Source: Myxococcota bacterium (GTDB lineage Bacteria > Myxococcota > JACRCW01). From it: DNA of 13,868 nucleotides. Numbering within the stretch: position 1 is the stretch's first letter; each line of letters starts with the position of its first letter. Where the stretch lies: positions 1 through 13,868 of the forward strand of contig JBFMGU010000274.1 in NCBI GenBank assembly GCA_040752415.1. Direction: 5' to 3'. Shown piece by piece: positions 1-7,940 of this stretch. The translations under genes and the position numbers were made by a program. The notes beneath the pieces were generated by a model. The model did no database searches and was not told the origin of the DNA. It saw only the letters and a list, made by a program, of their open reading frames with translations.

Positions 1-2986
1 CGTCCATGCGGGCGGCGTCGGGAGGCGGGCCTCCGTCGGGGGGAGGGGGCACGGGACCGCAACCGTCCGTCACCAGGCGACACGTGCTGGAACACGAGAG
101 CGCGCCCGGGTGTCCCCCGAGGCTCTCGCAGGTCTGACCGCCCAGGTTCGCGCCGTCGCATTCCTCGTCGTCGGCGATTACACCGTCGCCGCAGCCGCTC
201 ACCTGGACGTCGTCGATGAAGATGCAGTCATCCTCGCTCCCCACACCCACGCCGGCGGAGTGGAGCGGCGGGGCGGGCGCGTTGAGGAGCAGGCTGTCAT
301 CCACCCTCGCCACGACGGAGAAGGCGCCCACCTCCACCTCGTACGTGCGGTACTCGTTGTCGAGCAGGGAGCGGGGAATGCTCGCCAGCAACGTCGGCTC
401 ACCCTGGGTCACCCGGTAGAGTCCCGACGCGCCCGGCTGCGCACTGAAGCGCACGAAGTGGAAGTCCTCCGCCTGCAGGTGATTGAACACCACGACGACA
501 TCAGCGTCGGGATCATTCTCCGCCGCGCGGGCGCGGAACCGCACGTGCGGCGCGGCCAGTCGGGTGTTCGCCAGCAAGGTCACCGCTCCGCTGGTGCGGG
601 CATCCACCGCCAGGCGCGCGTCACCGTGGTCCAGCACCACGTGTGCTCCCGTCGACGCCGGCGGCGCGAAACGATCGAGCTCGCCCACGTTGCCCGTGAG
701 TGAGAACAACCCGTGCGTGGGTCCGCCGCGTGAAAGGCGCGCAACATGGGTCAACCCCTGCTCACGGGGGAAGCGCAACACCGTGGACCCGCTCTGCTGC
801 AAGGCCGAGACGCCGGTGTCGAGGAGATCCGCGTTCAGTGGCTCGGGGAGGAGCACGGTCAGCAGCCCGGTGCCCCGCGCGGGATCCGCGGCGGCCACCG
901 CCAGGTGCTCCCCGTCGTCGACCACGTACAGGACACACGGCTCGTCGACACTGATGCCTTCCATGCTGCCCGATTGCCAGAAGACCAGTCCCAGCTTGTT
1001 GGTCCGCGTGTCGCGAACGGCGGCGCCCAGCGCGTCATTGCGCAGCACCTGGATGGGGTTCTCCGCCGCCCACACCGTCATCTCCGCGGACGAGGCGCCC
1101 GGAACAATGCCGTACGCCACCGACGCGTCCTGCGGCTGCGGGCCGTGCGGGATGGTGAGCGTGAAGATCACGTTCTGGTGATCCACGCGACTGCCCACGC
1201 CCAGGTTGGACCACTTGCCGACCCGCAACTGGCGCGTGAGTTCGACGTCCGCCCCGTCGGGGAAGTGGTAACCCATGCCTTCCGCGGCCACCCAGGTCTC
1301 GTCGGGAATCAGGATCGTGCCGTCGAGGAGGAGCGACGCGCCGGTTCCCACGTCAATGGGCCCATCGGTTCCGGGATGGGGCCGCTGATCCACCACCGTC
1401 TCGACGGGAACCGGCGCCGGGTCGGTGATCTCCGTGGCCAGGAAGTAGATGGCGTCGTCAAAGAAGAACCAGCTCTTGCGCGCGCGCAGCGGTGAGTCCA
1501 CGGCGGCAAAGTCCATGGCTGCCACGCCGTTCCACCCGTCGCCGGTGCCGCCCACGAAGGAGAGCGTGCCGGGACCGTAGATCGCATTGGCCGCATCCAG
1601 GCGGCGCTCCACGGTGATGCCGGGCAAGCGTGCCCAGTCCAAGGTGGGCCATACCTCGTCGGAGAAGTACTCGTCGCCGCGCTGCACCAGGTAGAGCACG
1701 CCGTCGGAGAGCCGGGAGCCAAGCTTGCCTTCCTCGTTGATGATCTCGCCGGAGAGCATGCGCGAGGAGAGCATCTTGATGGACGCGTAGAAGCTCTCTC
1801 GTCGGAAGATGGTGTAGTCGGAGAAGGGATGGTGGCGGAAACCCTCCGGCCAACGGGATTCGCCCGGCTGCGTGCGGAGCTGTCCCGGCAGCGGTGCCAG
1901 ATCCACCGGCAGGCGCATGCTCCACGTCTCCAGCATCCTCTTGGCTGCTTCCGTGATTCCCAGCTGGCGTGTCGTCGGGATGAAGGACATGAAGAGCAGG
2001 GCGCCCAATCCCTGTTCACCGTGATTGCCCTCCCGCGAGAGCTCACGCCCAAGCACGGAGGCGTCAAAGTGGTTCTGGTGGAGCGACCAGCGGATTCCGT
2101 CGGCAACGTAGTGCGCCACCGTCTCCACCGCGTCGGGTGGGAGGGCGTGTTGCGTGTCCCGCGTGAGGTACATGAACCGCGCCACCTGCAGTGCAAGCTC
2201 CGCGCCGTACCCGCCGGTGTAGAGAAGCTCACCGTGCTGGTGGAAGGTCTGGTCGGGCTGGATGCCTTCTCCCGTCGTCGTCACGGACACGGTGGCAATG
2301 GCGTTGCGTGCCGCGTCCAGGCGGGCGGCGTCGCCGGTGATGAGGCCGTGATGGAAGTGCGTCAGCGCGGACCACACCAGGTTCTGCGCCACGCCACGCG
2401 GCTCCGGGCCAATGAACCTCCAGGTGGCGTCGACGAGCCCCTGCCGGATGGTGTCATCCAACGCGTCGCCCATGAGCAGCAGGATGGGCTGCAGGGCAAA
2501 GAGCGGGACGCCGATCTCGTAGAACCACCAGTTGCCGGGATTGGGACACGTGGCGCAATAGTGGCGGAGCCCGCGCTCCAGCCCGATGCGGATCTTCGAC
2601 GGAAGCGTGGGGTCCGCGTAGAGCGCCTGACCCGGCGTCCGGTACGCCTCCGCCATTCTCAGGATGCGCGTGAAATGCGTGTGGATGTCCCAGGTCACGC
2701 CGGGTTGGTCGTCGTAGTTGAGGTCGTGGAAGCGGCCGGTGCTCGTGATGGAGGACGCCACCGCCCGTGCTTCACTCTCCAGCTTCACCAGCATCTGCTG
2801 CACCGCCAGGTCCGTGGTGCGAGCGCCCAGCGCGGTGTGCATCTGGTAGGTGCGAAGCCGGACCTCGTCGAGGTCAGAGGCGCGGGCGGCCTGTGGGAGG
2901 AAACACCACAGGGCCACAAGCACACTCATCACCGGTGCGCCGCCTCTCACTCCGCTCCCTGTTCCCCCGGACTGGATGCGCTGCAT
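1..2986 (-). CDS. Secreted polysaccharide lyase family 8 (chondroitin AC/hyaluronate/xanthan lyase-like) with a C-terminal beta-sandwich domain and Cys-rich repeat; 3' end lies outside the window
   Basis: Manual translation of the minus frame from ATG 2986 (alternative starts: GTG 2950 after GGGAG, or ATG 2929). I found no stop in the stretches I translated, and the same frame holds to the window edge (at least 995 codons). Signal-peptide-like N-terminus (VMSVLVALWCFLPQAARA|SD). PL8 motifs: GNWWFYEIGVP (~2510-2536), AQNLVW, EGIQPDQTFHQHGELLYTGGYG (~2204-2269, catalytic His/Tyr region), DWARLPGITV, FVGG, ARKSWFFFDDAIYFL. The + ORFs 110-703, 746-1495 and 1829-3235 are its antisense shadow. Confidence 0.92.
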   Translation of the reverse strand, partial: MQRIQSGGTGSGVRGGAPVMSVLVALWCFLPQAARASDLDEVRLRTYQMHTALGARTTDLAVQQMLVKLESEARAVASSITSTGRFHDLNYDDQPGVTWDIHTHFTRILRMAEAYRTPGQALYADPTLPSKIRIGLERGLRHYCATCPNPGNWWFYEIGVPLFALQPILLLMGDALDDTIRQGLVDATWRFIGPEPRGVAQNLVWSALTHFHHGLITGDAARLDAARNAIATVSVTTTGEGIQPDQTFHQHGELLYTGGYGAELALQVARFMYLTRDTQHALPPDAVETVAHYVADGIRWSLHQNHFDASVLGRELSREGNHGEQGLGALLFMSFIPTTRQLGITEAAKRMLETWSMRLPVDLAPLPGQLRTQPGESRWPEGFRHHPFSDYTIFRRESFYASIKMLSSRMLSGEIINEEGKLGSRLSDGVLYLVQRGDEYFSDEVWPTLDWARLPGITVERRLDAANAIYGPGTLSFVGGTGDGWNGVAAMDFAAVDSPLRARKSWFFFDDAIYFLATEITDPAPVPVETVVDQRPHPGTDGPIDVGTGASLLLDGTILIPDETWVAAEGMGYHFPDGADVELTRQLRVGKWSNLGVGSRVDHQNVIFTLTIPHGPQPQDASVAYGIVPGASSAEMTVWAAENPIQVLRNDALGAAVRDTRTNKLGLVFWQSGSMEGISVDEPCVLYVVDDGEHLAVAAADPARGTGLLTVLLPEPLNADLLDTGVSALQQSGSTVLRFPREQGLTHVARLSRGGPTHGLFSLTGNVGELDRFAPPASTGAHVVLDHGDARLAVDARTSGAVTLLANTRLAAPHVRFRARAAENDPDADVVVVFNHLQAEDFHFVRFSAQPGASGLYRVTQGEPTLLASIPRSLLDNEYRTYEVEVGAFSVVARVDDSLLLNAPAPPLHSAGVGVGSEDDCIFIDDVQVSGCGDGVIADDEECDGANLGGQTCESLGGHPGALSCSSTCRLVTDGCGPVPPPPDGGPPPDAARMD
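59..193 (-). other. Myxococcus-type cysteine-rich repeat module within the PL8 protein
   Basis: Translates as CGDGVIADDEECDGANLGGQTCESLGGHPGALSCSSTCRLVTDGC, followed by the Pro-rich linker GPVPPPPDGGPPPD. Confidence 0.8.
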
Positions 2987-3203
2987 GGGTCTTGGCACGA
3001 CCCGCGTGAGTGCACGGGTCCCGGTGTTCTGATGCGCCTGGGTGCGGGTGCTCCGGAGGTTGCGGGCTGCCGTGCAACATCCGCGTCAACGGCGATTCTA
3101 ACCAGCCAGGGTGCCCGCTCCACGTCGGAAAAGCGCGCCGCGGCCGGGACGACATGCAACACAAAAGCCCACACAACGCTTTTCCACGACGACGCGCGCC
3201 CGC

Positions 3204-5720
3204 TCAGCTCTTCAATCGCTTCTGCAGCGCGGTGAGCAGACGCAACAGATCCTGTCTTCCTGTGAGGACGGGAGCCATGGGATCGCCCACCTTCTGCAGG
3301 CGCGCGGGTGCGGTCTTGATGGTGTGGTGCGCCGGGTTCAGTTTCTGCGTGAGCTCGTCCCAGTGCAGCGGCATGGACACCGGGGCGCCGTCACGGGGTC
3401 GCACGGAGAACGGGCCGGCAATGAGCTTGCCAAACCCGTTCTGCAGGAAGTCGACGTAGATCTTCCCGTCACGCGCGTTCACGTTGCGCGCCACGGTGCA
3501 GATGTCGCCGCGCTCCTGCACCACCACGCGCGCCAGCACCTCCGCCAACGTCTTCGCCTCGTTGTGCTGCAGCTCCGCGCCCAGGGGCAGCAGGATGTGC
3601 AATCCGTCCTGTCCCGACGTCTTCAGGTAGTGGGGCGCCTTCAGCTCGTCGAGAAGCGCGTGGATGTGTTGCGCCAGCTCAATGACCTGGGAGAGCGGCG
3701 CGCCCTTGGGGTCCAGGTCCAGGATGGTCCAGTCCGGACGGTCCAGGGAGTCCTTCCGCGCGCTCCAGATGTGCAGCGGGATGGCGCCAGAGTTGATCAC
3801 GTACAGGAGCGTGGTGACGTCGTTGCAGACGAAGTAGTCGGTGTCCTCGATGCGGTAGGTGTTCACCCACTCCGGCGTGAAGGGCGGCGCGTTCTTCTGG
3901 TAGAAGTTCTTGCCGTCAACTCCGTCGGGATAACGCGTGAGCACCAGCGGCCGGTTGTGCAGGTACGGGCCCAGCCATGGCCACACCGCCTCGTAGTACG
4001 TGAGCAGGTCGCCCTTGGTGTACCCGTCGCGTGGCCAGAAGATCTTGTCCTGGTTGACCAGCTGGAATGTGGGTGGGGGCGGGGGCTCCAGCGCGGGTTC
4101 CGGCTCCGGCGCGGGGGAGCGCTCCGCCGGCGCGGCGCAATCCATCACGCCCTTCCCGTCGACGAGACCGATGAAGACGGGATGACGCAGGATGCCCGCG
4201 CTGGTGATGTCGGTGTAGCGCACGGAGGCCACCAGCTCCGGCTCCACGTAGTTGGTGCCCTTCTGCGGCGGCTTGGGCACGGCGTCACACGCGGGAGTCT
4301 TGCGGATGCGCGGCTGCAGGAGCTTGTGCAGGTGTTTGCGCGTGGCCTCGTCAAAACCGGTGCCCACGTTGCCCGCGTAGACAAGCTTGTCCTCCACGCG
4401 CCAGGCCACCATGAGCGAGGCAAGGTCGTTCCCGGTGCCCCGCGTTGGAAGATAGCCCACCACCGCCACGTCGACACTGCGGGGCGCCTTGATCTTCACC
4501 CAGTCCGTGCTGCGCTTGCCGGCCTGGTATTTCGAGTCGGCGCGCTTGGCCATGATGCCTTCCAGGCCGTGCTCGCGGACGGCGTCAAAGAGCATCTGTC
4601 CTTCGCGCGGGACGTGATCGGTGAAGCGCACCACGCCCAGCTTGGGGACCAGCCGCTGCAGCATCTCCTTGCGCGTGATCAGCGGGAGCGTGGTGAGGTC
4701 CCACCCGTCGACAAAGAGCAGGTCAAACGCGAAGAGCGTCAACGGCAGCTCGAATTCATGGCGGGCCACCGCGGACTTCTCCGGGCGGTGCAGCCGCTTC
4801 TGGATGCGCTCGAACCGCGCCACGCCGCGCTCATCCAGACCCACCACCTCGCCGTCCAGCACGCACTCGTCCACGGGGAGATGCGTCACCGCGCGCGCAA
4901 TCTCCGGCACCAGCGGCGTCACCTCGCGACCGTTGCGCGTGAACACGCGGACGCGCCGGTTGGCCTCCTTCTGCACCAGGACGCGCCAGCCGTCGTACTT
5001 GATCTCGAAGATCCAGTCGGCGTGCGTGAACGCGTTGCTCTGCGACGTCGCCAGCATGGGCTCCAGTCGCGCCACGTCCATGGCCTTGCGCACCGCACCG
5101 GCTTGCTCCGCGCGCTCGCCAAGCTCCGCGTCACGTCGGACGCCCTGGTCCAGCTCCTCGATGCTCAGGCCGGAGAGGACGGAGTAGGGCTGCATCACCA
5201 CCAGCTCGTCGCGGGAGGGAGGCTCACCGTCGGCGTAGTGGAACAACAGCCAGTTCTTCCCGTCCTCACCCTTGGTGCGCACGAACTTCCAGCGGCCGCG
5301 CATCTTCAGCCCCTGGAAGAACAGGTCCAGCTTGCCGTTGGCCAGTCCGTCGCGGGGGTGGACGCCGTCGTGGGAGCGGTACGTGCCGTGGTCCCACAGG
5401 ATCATGGCTCCCGCGCCGTAGTTTCCCTTGGGGATGATCCCCTCGAAGACGCGGTAGTCCATGGGGTGATCTTCCGTCTGGACCGCCAGCCGCTTCTCCT
5501 TGGGATCCAACGCCGGACCCTTGGGCACCGCAAAGCTCACCAGCACGCCGTCGATCTCCAGGCGCACGTCCCAGTGCATTCGCGTGGCGTCGTGCTGCTG
5601 CACCACGAAGACATGCGGCGCGGTGGCCGGGAGGTTGGGGGTGGGCTGCCCGCCGAAGGGCTCGGGCGTGGACGTCGGGTCCCGCTTCTTTCGGTAGACG
5701 TCAAGAGCCCGTGTTGCCAC
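3204..5720 (-). CDS. ligD: DNA ligase D, the multifunctional NHEJ enzyme; domain order phosphoesterase - ATP-dependent ligase - primase/polymerase
   Basis: PE domain: FVVQQHDATRMHWDVRLE...AVPKGP...KRLAVQTEDHP...GNYGAG. Ligase motif I EIKYDGWR, plus LDGEVV, FAFDLL, EGIMAK, WVKIK and LRHPVF. POL domain: NQDKIFWP..GYTKGDL, RYPDG..GKNFYQK, ILDLDP, KTSG..GLHI, KIYVDFLQN. GTG start. Confidence 0.97.
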   Translation of the reverse strand: MATRALDVYRKKRDPTSTPEPFGGQPTPNLPATAPHVFVVQQHDATRMHWDVRLEIDGVLVSFAVPKGPALDPKEKRLAVQTEDHPMDYRVFEGIIPKGNYGAGAMILWDHGTYRSHDGVHPRDGLANGKLDLFFQGLKMRGRWKFVRTKGEDGKNWLLFHYADGEPPSRDELVVMQPYSVLSGLSIEELDQGVRRDAELGERAEQAGAVRKAMDVARLEPMLATSQSNAFTHADWIFEIKYDGWRVLVQKEANRRVRVFTRNGREVTPLVPEIARAVTHLPVDECVLDGEVVGLDERGVARFERIQKRLHRPEKSAVARHEFELPLTLFAFDLLFVDGWDLTTLPLITRKEMLQRLVPKLGVVRFTDHVPREGQMLFDAVREHGLEGIMAKRADSKYQAGKRSTDWVKIKAPRSVDVAVVGYLPTRGTGNDLASLMVAWRVEDKLVYAGNVGTGFDEATRKHLHKLLQPRIRKTPACDAVPKPPQKGTNYVEPELVASVRYTDITSAGILRHPVFIGLVDGKGVMDCAAPAERSPAPEPEPALEPPPPPTFQLVNQDKIFWPRDGYTKGDLLTYYEAVWPWLGPYLHNRPLVLTRYPDGVDGKNFYQKNAPPFTPEWVNTYRIEDTDYFVCNDVTTLLYVINSGAIPLHIWSARKDSLDRPDWTILDLDPKGAPLSQVIELAQHIHALLDELKAPHYLKTSGQDGLHILLPLGAELQHNEAKTLAEVLARVVVQERGDICTVARNVNARDGKIYVDFLQNGFGKLIAGPFSVRPRDGAPVSMPLHWDELTQKLNPAHHTIKTAPARLQKVGDPMAPVLTGRQDLLRLLTALQKRLKS

Positions 5721-5887
5721 CTGGAAACATCTAACGGATCAGCCCTTTGCCACGCAAAATCCCGCGGATCCGGGGCGCCAAATGGATCCGCGCGGATCTC
5801 GTGGGAACCCCAGGGATCTGCTTGTGATCTGGCGCGTGCGACGGCGGAGATGTATCCGATCACCGATCACAACGATCCGGAGGCTCC
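5721..5887. promoter_or_regulatory. Divergent ligD/ku control region with a GATC repeat array
   Basis: 167-bp gap between divergent starts. GATC begins at 5737, 5767, 5785, 5795, 5815, 5826, 5858, 5865 and 5874. Perfect 9-bp inverted repeat CGCGGATCC (5763-5771) / GGATCCGCG (5784-5792). ku ribosome-binding site GGAGG at 5879-5883. Confidence 0.75.
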
Positions 5888-6766
5888 ATGGCGGCGCGTG
5901 CAAGCTCCACGGCGGTGATTTCGTTCGGCCTGGTCACCGTCCCCGTCAAGCTCTATGCGGCGGCGTCGTCGAAAAACGTGTCCTTCAACATGCTGCATGA
6001 CAAGGACAAGTCCCGACTCAAGCAGCAGTACGTGTGTCAGCTGTGCGGTGAGCAGGTGGACCGCGCGCACACGGTGAAGGGCTATGAGCACGCCAAGGAC
6101 CAGTACGTGGTGCTTTCCGAGGAGGAGCTGAAGGCGCTGGAGAAGAAGACCGACAACTCCATCGAGATCCTGGAGTTCGTTCCCATTGTCTCGGTGGACC
6201 CCGTCTACTTCGAGCGCAGCACGCTGCTGGGGCCGGACAAGGGCGGCGCCAAAGCGTACTCGCTGCTCAACCAGGCCATGATGCAGGCGGGTCGTGTTGC
6301 GGTGGGCCGCTTTGCCACGCGCGGCAAGGAGCAGCTGGTGCTGGTCAGGCCCACCAAGGACGGCCTGATGCTGCACGCGCTCTACTACCACGACGAGGTT
6401 CGCGGTTTTGAAGACGTGGAGAAGGGCGAGCCGGCGCAGGTGCGCGACAAGGAGCTCGATCTCGCCGTCCAGCTCATCGAGCAGCTCGCGGTGCCGGCGT
6501 ACAAGGCGGAAAAGTACCAGGACGACTACCGCACGCAGGTCCTGGAGATGATCGACAAGAAGGTTGCCGGCCAGGAAATCGTTGCGCAGGCGCCGCAGCA
6601 GCCCAAGGAGCAGATCATCGACCTGGTGGAGGCTCTCAAGGCCAGCCTGGCGTCGAAGCAGGGCGCGCCGGTTGTGGTTGCTACGAACGATGATGAGGAC
6701 CGCAAGCCCGCCGTGGCGAAGGGCAGCGAGTCCGGGAAGAAGCGTGCTAAAGCAGCCAAGGCGTGA
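5888..6766 (+). CDS. ku: Prokaryotic Ku protein (NHEJ DNA end-binding)
   Basis: ISFGLVTVPVKLYAA, FNMLH, VKGYE..KDQYVVLSEEEL, IEILEFVP...VDPVYFE, AYSLL..AM, EKYQDDYR, IIDLVEALKASL and a basic C-terminal tail. GGAGG RBS. Divergent from ligD. Confidence 0.97.
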   Translation: MAARASSTAVISFGLVTVPVKLYAAASSKNVSFNMLHDKDKSRLKQQYVCQLCGEQVDRAHTVKGYEHAKDQYVVLSEEELKALEKKTDNSIEILEFVPIVSVDPVYFERSTLLGPDKGGAKAYSLLNQAMMQAGRVAVGRFATRGKEQLVLVRPTKDGLMLHALYYHDEVRGFEDVEKGEPAQVRDKELDLAVQLIEQLAVPAYKAEKYQDDYRTQVLEMIDKKVAGQEIVAQAPQQPKEQIIDLVEALKASLASKQGAPVVVATNDDEDRKPAVAKGSESGKKRAKAAKA

Positions 6767-7593
6767 CGCAGACGTTTCCCCTGGCTGAAGTTGCTCGCAT
6801 CCTTGGCGTGCCCGCCGCGCGTGTCCGTGCGCTGGTGGACGCGGGCGTGTGCCAGCCGGTTGTCGTCGGGGAGAAGCTTGAGTTCACCTTCCAGGACCTG
6901 GTGAAGCTGCGCGCAGCCAAAGGCGTGCAGGACGCGGAGCCCTCCTCACCGCGCGGGCCCATGCCGGCGGTGCAGCCGGTGACGTCGCTGGTCTCGTCGG
7001 GGAGGAAGACGACGGTGCAGGAGGTGCGCACCACGTGGTCGGAGAGCGGGCAGGGGCTCCTGTTTGGCGGAGATGACGTCGTCACCGGGAAGGATGCTGT
7101 CGAGGACGTGGGGGAGGCGCTCTCCCTGGTGGAGCGGCGCGCGCTCAAGCAGGCAGAGCACGCGCAGGAGCAACGTGAGGAGGCGCTGGGGCTCTTCGAG
7201 CAGGCGCTGGCCATGGAGACGGAGGACCCGGCGGGCGCGGTGGACGCGTACCGTCGTGCGCTGGAGTTGGACCCCAATCTCAGCGACGTCTACGTGAACC
7301 TCGGTCGCATGGCGCACCAGGCCGGCCGCGTGGCTGACGCCGTCAAACTGTACGAGAAGGCCCTCTCCATCACCGAGGACGACCCGGTGGCGCACTACAA
7401 CGTGGCGCTGGCGTTGGAGGACCGTCGCAACGTGGCGGCGGCCGTCACGCACTACCAGCGCGCCGTGGAGCTGGACCCGCGTTTTGGCGACGCGCATTAC
7501 AACCTGGCGCGCCTCTATGAGCGCACCGGTCAACGTGGGAAGGCGCTGCAGCACCTGCTCATCTGCAAGCGGCTGCAGGACGGGAAGGCATGA
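6763..7593 (+). CDS. MerR-like helix-turn-helix + tetratricopeptide-repeat protein, operonic with ku
   Basis: GTG start overlaps the ku stop (GTGA 6763-6766). N-terminal FPLAEVARILGVPAARVRALVDAGVCQP...FTFQDLVKLR is MerR/Xis-like winged HTH. C-terminal region has about four TPRs (AVDAYRRALELDP, VYVNLG, YEKALSITEDDPVAHYNVA, YQRAVELDPRFGDAHYNLA). Confidence 0.88.
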   Translation: MTQTFPLAEVARILGVPAARVRALVDAGVCQPVVVGEKLEFTFQDLVKLRAAKGVQDAEPSSPRGPMPAVQPVTSLVSSGRKTTVQEVRTTWSESGQGLLFGGDDVVTGKDAVEDVGEALSLVERRALKQAEHAQEQREEALGLFEQALAMETEDPAGAVDAYRRALELDPNLSDVYVNLGRMAHQAGRVADAVKLYEKALSITEDDPVAHYNVALALEDRRNVAAAVTHYQRAVELDPRFGDAHYNLARLYERTGQRGKALQHLLICKRLQDGKA

Positions 7594-7618
7594 CGACAGG
7601 TGCGCCGGCCACCATGCT
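7590..7618 (+). promoter_or_regulatory. Possible sigma70-type promoter for a leaderless mRNA of the coiled-coil gene
   Basis: ATGACG (7590-7595) - 17 bp - CATGCT (7613-7618) - 6 bp - ATG 7625; no Shine-Dalgarno upstream. Confidence 0.4.
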
Positions 7619-7624
7619 GGCGCC

Positions 7625-7933
7625 ATGAGCACCCGACGTAACGGCGGCGCCAGTGTCTTCCCTGCGGAAGCGTTCAAGCTGTTCCGCCAGATGGCAGAGA
7701 GCCTCAAGCGCTTGGAGCAAGGCCAGGCCGAGACGAACGAGCGCATCGACAAGCTTGAGCGGAACACCACGAAGGCCTTGGTGGGCCTGAGCGATCGCAT
7801 TGACCGTCTCGGCTCCACGCTCAAGCAGGAGTTCAAGCACGACCACATCCGGATGCGGGCCCCACAGGACAAGCTCGCGCGTCGCGTTGACGGGCTGGAG
7901 GACCGGCTCTCCAAGCTCGAAGGGAAACGCTAG
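7625..7933 (+). CDS. Small coiled-coil hypothetical protein (102 aa)
   Basis: MSTRRNGGASVFPAEAFKLFRQMAESLKRLEQGQAETNERIDKLE...RVDGLEDRLSKLEGKR shows a heptad pattern and GC-rich third positions. Start moved to ATG 7625 so the gene no longer overlaps the TPR gene as in the 7484 ORF-track call. Confidence 0.75.
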   Translation: MSTRRNGGASVFPAEAFKLFRQMAESLKRLEQGQAETNERIDKLERNTTKALVGLSDRIDRLGSTLKQEFKHDHIRMRAPQDKLARRVDGLEDRLSKLEGKR

Positions 7934-7940
7934 GAAAGAC

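Noticed and set aside
110..3235. Plus-strand ORFs 110-703, 746-1495, 1829-3235 and minus ORFs 1309-2232, 1458-1925
   Set aside because: Shadows or alternative frames of the PL8 gene, which carries the real conserved motifs.
5721..5887. GATC cluster as a replication origin, or a LexA/SOS box in the ku/ligD promoter
   Set aside because: No convincing DnaA boxes (TTATCCACA), no AT-rich unwinding element and no dnaA/gidA context. No recognisable match to a LexA box that I know.
3111..5918. 935-aa plus-strand ORF
   Set aside because: Antisense shadow of ligD.
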